The position numbers and the translations under genes are program-made. Of a stretch of DNA of 32,000 nt, positions 30,181 through 32,000 are shown in pieces. Numbering within the stretch: position 1 is the first letter of the stretch; every line of letters begins with the position of its first letter. The stretch is from Prochlorococcus marinus str. NATL2A. GTDB taxonomy: Bacteria; Cyanobacteriota; Cyanobacteriia; PCC-6307; Cyanobiaceae. A model generated the notes under the pieces. The model searched no databases and had not been told where the DNA came from. It was given only the letters and a program-made list of their open reading frames with translations. The stretch is taken from assembly GCF_000012465.1 (NCBI RefSeq), contig NC_007335.2, forward strand, positions 1 through 32,000, given 5' to 3'.

Positions 30181-31077
30181 TTAATTTATTTTTAGTTGTA
30201 AGAAACAATTTTTTAACCCAGATTTAAAATCTGGATAAATTAGAGAATAGCCAAGTTTTTTACATAATAACTTGTTATCAACTTTTCTATTCTCCTGCCA
30301 AAAAGATATTGCCATTGGACTCATTGTTTTTTGTGCGATTTCAAAAGGCACTCTTGATGGTAGAGACTTTTTGGCTATTTTCGCTGCAAAATTAATTACG
30401 TCAAGATTATTGGCTGGCAAGTTATCAGCTACATTCACTATGGATGGAGTTTTCCCTTGAAAATAGAGATTAATTAAGAATAAGACAGATCCAGCAATAT
30501 CATCGACATGAATTCTTGAAAAAACTTGACCTGGTTTATCGATCATTTTTGTTGTTCCATTTAACAGGCTTTCAAAAACAGATCTTCCAGGTCCATAAAT
30601 TCCTGGCAATCTAAGGATTTGAATGGGAAGCTTTGTGTCTAACCATTGTTTTTCACAAGACAATCTACGAATACTTCTATCTTGCTGAGGGTTGGGAGGC
30701 GTATTTTCATTGACCCAGTTCCCTTTTGAATCTCCGTATACACCAGTAGTAGATAAATAACCCACCCATTTTATCTTTTTTGAATTTAGTAATTGAGTTT
30801 TAAGTTTAAGAAGTACAGGATCTTCTCCACTTAATAAAGGAGGTATGCAACTTAAGATATGTGTTGCTCCCTCCAAAATTTCATTAGACAATTCTTGATC
30901 AGTATTAAATATAAAATCAGCTCCTTTGCTACCCTCTCTTCTCCTGCTGCATAAAACTTTTACTCCTAAATGCCTTCCTACACTCGCAATTCTTTGTCCA
31001 CTAAAGCCACCTCCAAATATGATTAATTTTGATTTAGGCGGTAGAGGCCTAGATCGCTTGACAATCTCTTGAATCAT
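30181..31077 (-). CDS. NAD(P)-binding Rossmann-fold protein (SDR / epimerase-dehydratase family), function unknown
   Basis: A GxGxxG-like IIFGGGFSGQRIA lies near the N-terminus, followed by STTGVYG and later IHVDDIA. The ORF track extends to TTG 31110; I prefer the ATG at 31075-31077 (MIQEIVKRS...), which places the glycine loop about 20 residues in. Confidence 0.75.
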   Translation of the reverse strand: MIQEIVKRSRPLPPKSKLIIFGGGFSGQRIASVGRHLGVKVLCSRRREGSKGADFIFNTDQELSNEILEGATHILSCIPPLLSGEDPVLLKLKTQLLNSKKIKWVGYLSTTGVYGDSKGNWVNENTPPNPQQDRSIRRLSCEKQWLDTKLPIQILRLPGIYGPGRSVFESLLNGTTKMIDKPGQVFSRIHVDDIAGSVLFLINLYFQGKTPSIVNVADNLPANNLDVINFAAKIAKKSLPSRVPFEIAQKTMSPMAISFWQENRKVDNKLLCKKLGYSLIYPDFKSGLKNCFLQLKIN

Positions 31078-31109
31078 TAGTACAAATGTATTATGTTGAT
31101 TATTTAGCA

Positions 31110-31334
31110 ATGGTTGCTTCCTATTTCAAGCCTAGTCTGAATTCCATTAATGGAGCTAGGAAATTAAGGAAAGATAAAAAAATATCTTTACAAGAGAAAA
31201 ATCAAAACCTTATAAAACCTTTACTTGCATCAATTTGCTTTCTTTTTTGCATTATTCTTGTCCCTGAAAAATCCTCCAATTTGGCTTCTATTTGTGAAAA
31301 ATATAATTCTTCTGTTGCTTGTCAAGTTTGGTAG
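31110..31334 (+). CDS. Hypothetical small membrane protein (weakly supported)
   Basis: The open frame has one clear hydrophobic segment (LIKPLLASICFLFCIILVP) and a two-Cys C-terminus. I recognise no family motif. The ATG at 31086 would overlap the extended SDR ORF. Its stop is 3 nt from the HNH stop. Confidence 0.3.
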   Translation: MVASYFKPSLNSINGARKLRKDKKISLQEKNQNLIKPLLASICFLFCIILVPEKSSNLASICEKYNSSVACQVW

Positions 31335-31337
31335 TAA

Positions 31338-31748
31338 TTAAGCTGCTTGCCAATGATAATCGACATTGAATTTGGATTTTGATTTTTTAAAACTCTCAAT
31401 AGGTTTTGGCTGGGCCCATTTTAGAAGCCTTAGAGCCAAAAGTATGTCTCCTTCAGTCCATGCTTTTATTGCCATAGAGCGTCTTGGGTCGTAAAAACGT
31501 TGCTTTCTGTACCATTCAAAAGCATCATTATCTGTTTTGCTTCCATTACATGAGAGGCAGGCAGGCACACAATTTTCAGTGATGCTCAATCCACCTCTGC
31601 TTCTAGGTAAAACATGGTCAATAGATTCTGATGTTTTACCACAATAAATACAACTATTACCGGTAAATTCATGTAATGATTTTCTCCATCTTCGATTACG
31701 CAGCTTTGGACAGAGATCTTCTAAGAAAACCGCATCCCTATTGTGCAT
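31338..31748 (-). CDS. Small stand-alone HNH endonuclease-family protein
   Basis: The 136-aa ORF has CIYCGK...DHVLPRSRGG...NCVPACLSCNGSK, which is a CxxC/CxxC zinc site plus the H-N-(N/H) motif. Confidence 0.8.
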   Translation of the reverse strand: MHNRDAVFLEDLCPKLRNRRWRKSLHEFTGNSCIYCGKTSESIDHVLPRSRGGLSITENCVPACLSCNGSKTDNDAFEWYRKQRFYDPRRSMAIKAWTEGDILLALRLLKWAQPKPIESFKKSKSKFNVDYHWQAA

Positions 31749-31899
31749 AAGTAGAAATTAGCTATTTGGATTCTGCCTTGATAGACCGATAAGTCAATGT
31801 ATCGGAAATAGCAATTTTAAATTTTATAAGATTTATTTTTTAATTGATTTAGAATTAGATCTAAAAATTTTATATTTATATAAATAAAACTAATAATAA

Positions 31900-32000
31900 T
31901 TAATAACTATAACGATCGACATATTTCCCCTTAGGAGTCTTCTCTGCACTATGGCTTGAAGAAGTTACTTCACTTGTTAAGTCTTTATCATTATTACCCC
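31900..32000 (-). CDS. Possible 3' end of a minus-strand gene that continues beyond the window
   Basis: Hand translation of the minus strand from 31998 gives an open frame, GNNDKDLTSEVTSSSHSAEKTPKGKYVDRYSY*, with its stop at 31900-31902. It is too short and truncated to identify, and it is not in the ORF track. Confidence 0.2.
   Translation of the reverse strand, partial: GNNDKDLTSEVTSSSHSAEKTPKGKYVDRYSY

Noticed and set aside
515-30460. Many 60-134-aa ORFs in the track lie antisense to or inside the large genes. They are at 515-853, 2890-3081, 6549-6809, 7146-7427, 10667-10894, 12513-12779, 13773-13985, 18242-18487, 19984-20196, 21135-21329, 22279-22461, 22689-22880, 23697-23930, 24673-24873, 27651-27860, 27874-28119, 29184-29588 and 30272-30460.
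   Set aside because: Each is fully embedded in a longer ORF on the opposite strand that has unmistakable family motifs. Their translations are low-complexity or hydrophobic with no recognisable domains, which is the usual shadow-ORF pattern in AT-rich genomes.
31078-31110. An 11-codon N-terminal extension of the SDR-family ORF from TTG 31110, which would overlap the small plus-strand ORF starting at 31086.
   Set aside because: The ATG at 31075-31077 places the Rossmann glycine loop at a normal distance from the N-terminus and removes the overlap. There is no positive evidence for the TTG start.
1-32000. I searched the whole window for a defence island, prophage, transposon, toxin-antitoxin pair or other accessory system.
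   Set aside because: Every sizeable ORF is a recognisable housekeeping gene in an order I recall as conserved core synteny. There are no integrases or transposases, no flanking tRNA or direct repeats, and no compositional island apart from the in-gene Gly-codon repeat.

Overview
This window looks like an ordinary, origin-proximal core chromosome segment of an AT-rich marine picocyanobacterium. The gene order is dnaN, PRC-barrel ORF, purL, purF, gyrA-like, TPR, queG, DUF502, nusB, ftsY, rsbU-like, argH, RRM protein, dusA, msrB, grpE, dnaJ, tusA-like, rsgA, ybaB, murB, murC, gap2, thiL, cyclophilin, efp, accB, pdxA, SDR, HNH. I recognise this order from memory as the start of Prochlorococcus marinus genomes; no search was run. 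I support about 31 protein-coding genes, all apparently intact and tightly packed, with many 2-5 nt gaps or ATGA-type overlaps. I see no rRNA, tRNA, CRISPR array, transposase, integrase, phage genes or defence-island architecture. All product calls rest on motifs read from the supplied translations.

I do not find a convincing new multi-gene system here. The observations most worth a second look are:
- An RRM RNA-binding protein carries a roughly 106-aa tail of only G, Y and Q, encoded by a GC-rich, near-perfect 24-nt tandem repeat.
- A tandem PRC-barrel protein with an acidic, Trp-Ile-punctuated tail sits translationally coupled between dnaN and purL.
- A second GyrA/ParC-type subunit has no recognisable GyrA box.
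- MsrB carries an apparent Tat/Sec-type signal peptide.
- A TusA-like ORF is wedged between dnaJ and rsgA.
- Convergent genes overlap at their 3' ends.

Several small palindromes and direct repeats in intergenic regions are listed with low interest, because in AT-rich DNA they may occur by chance.
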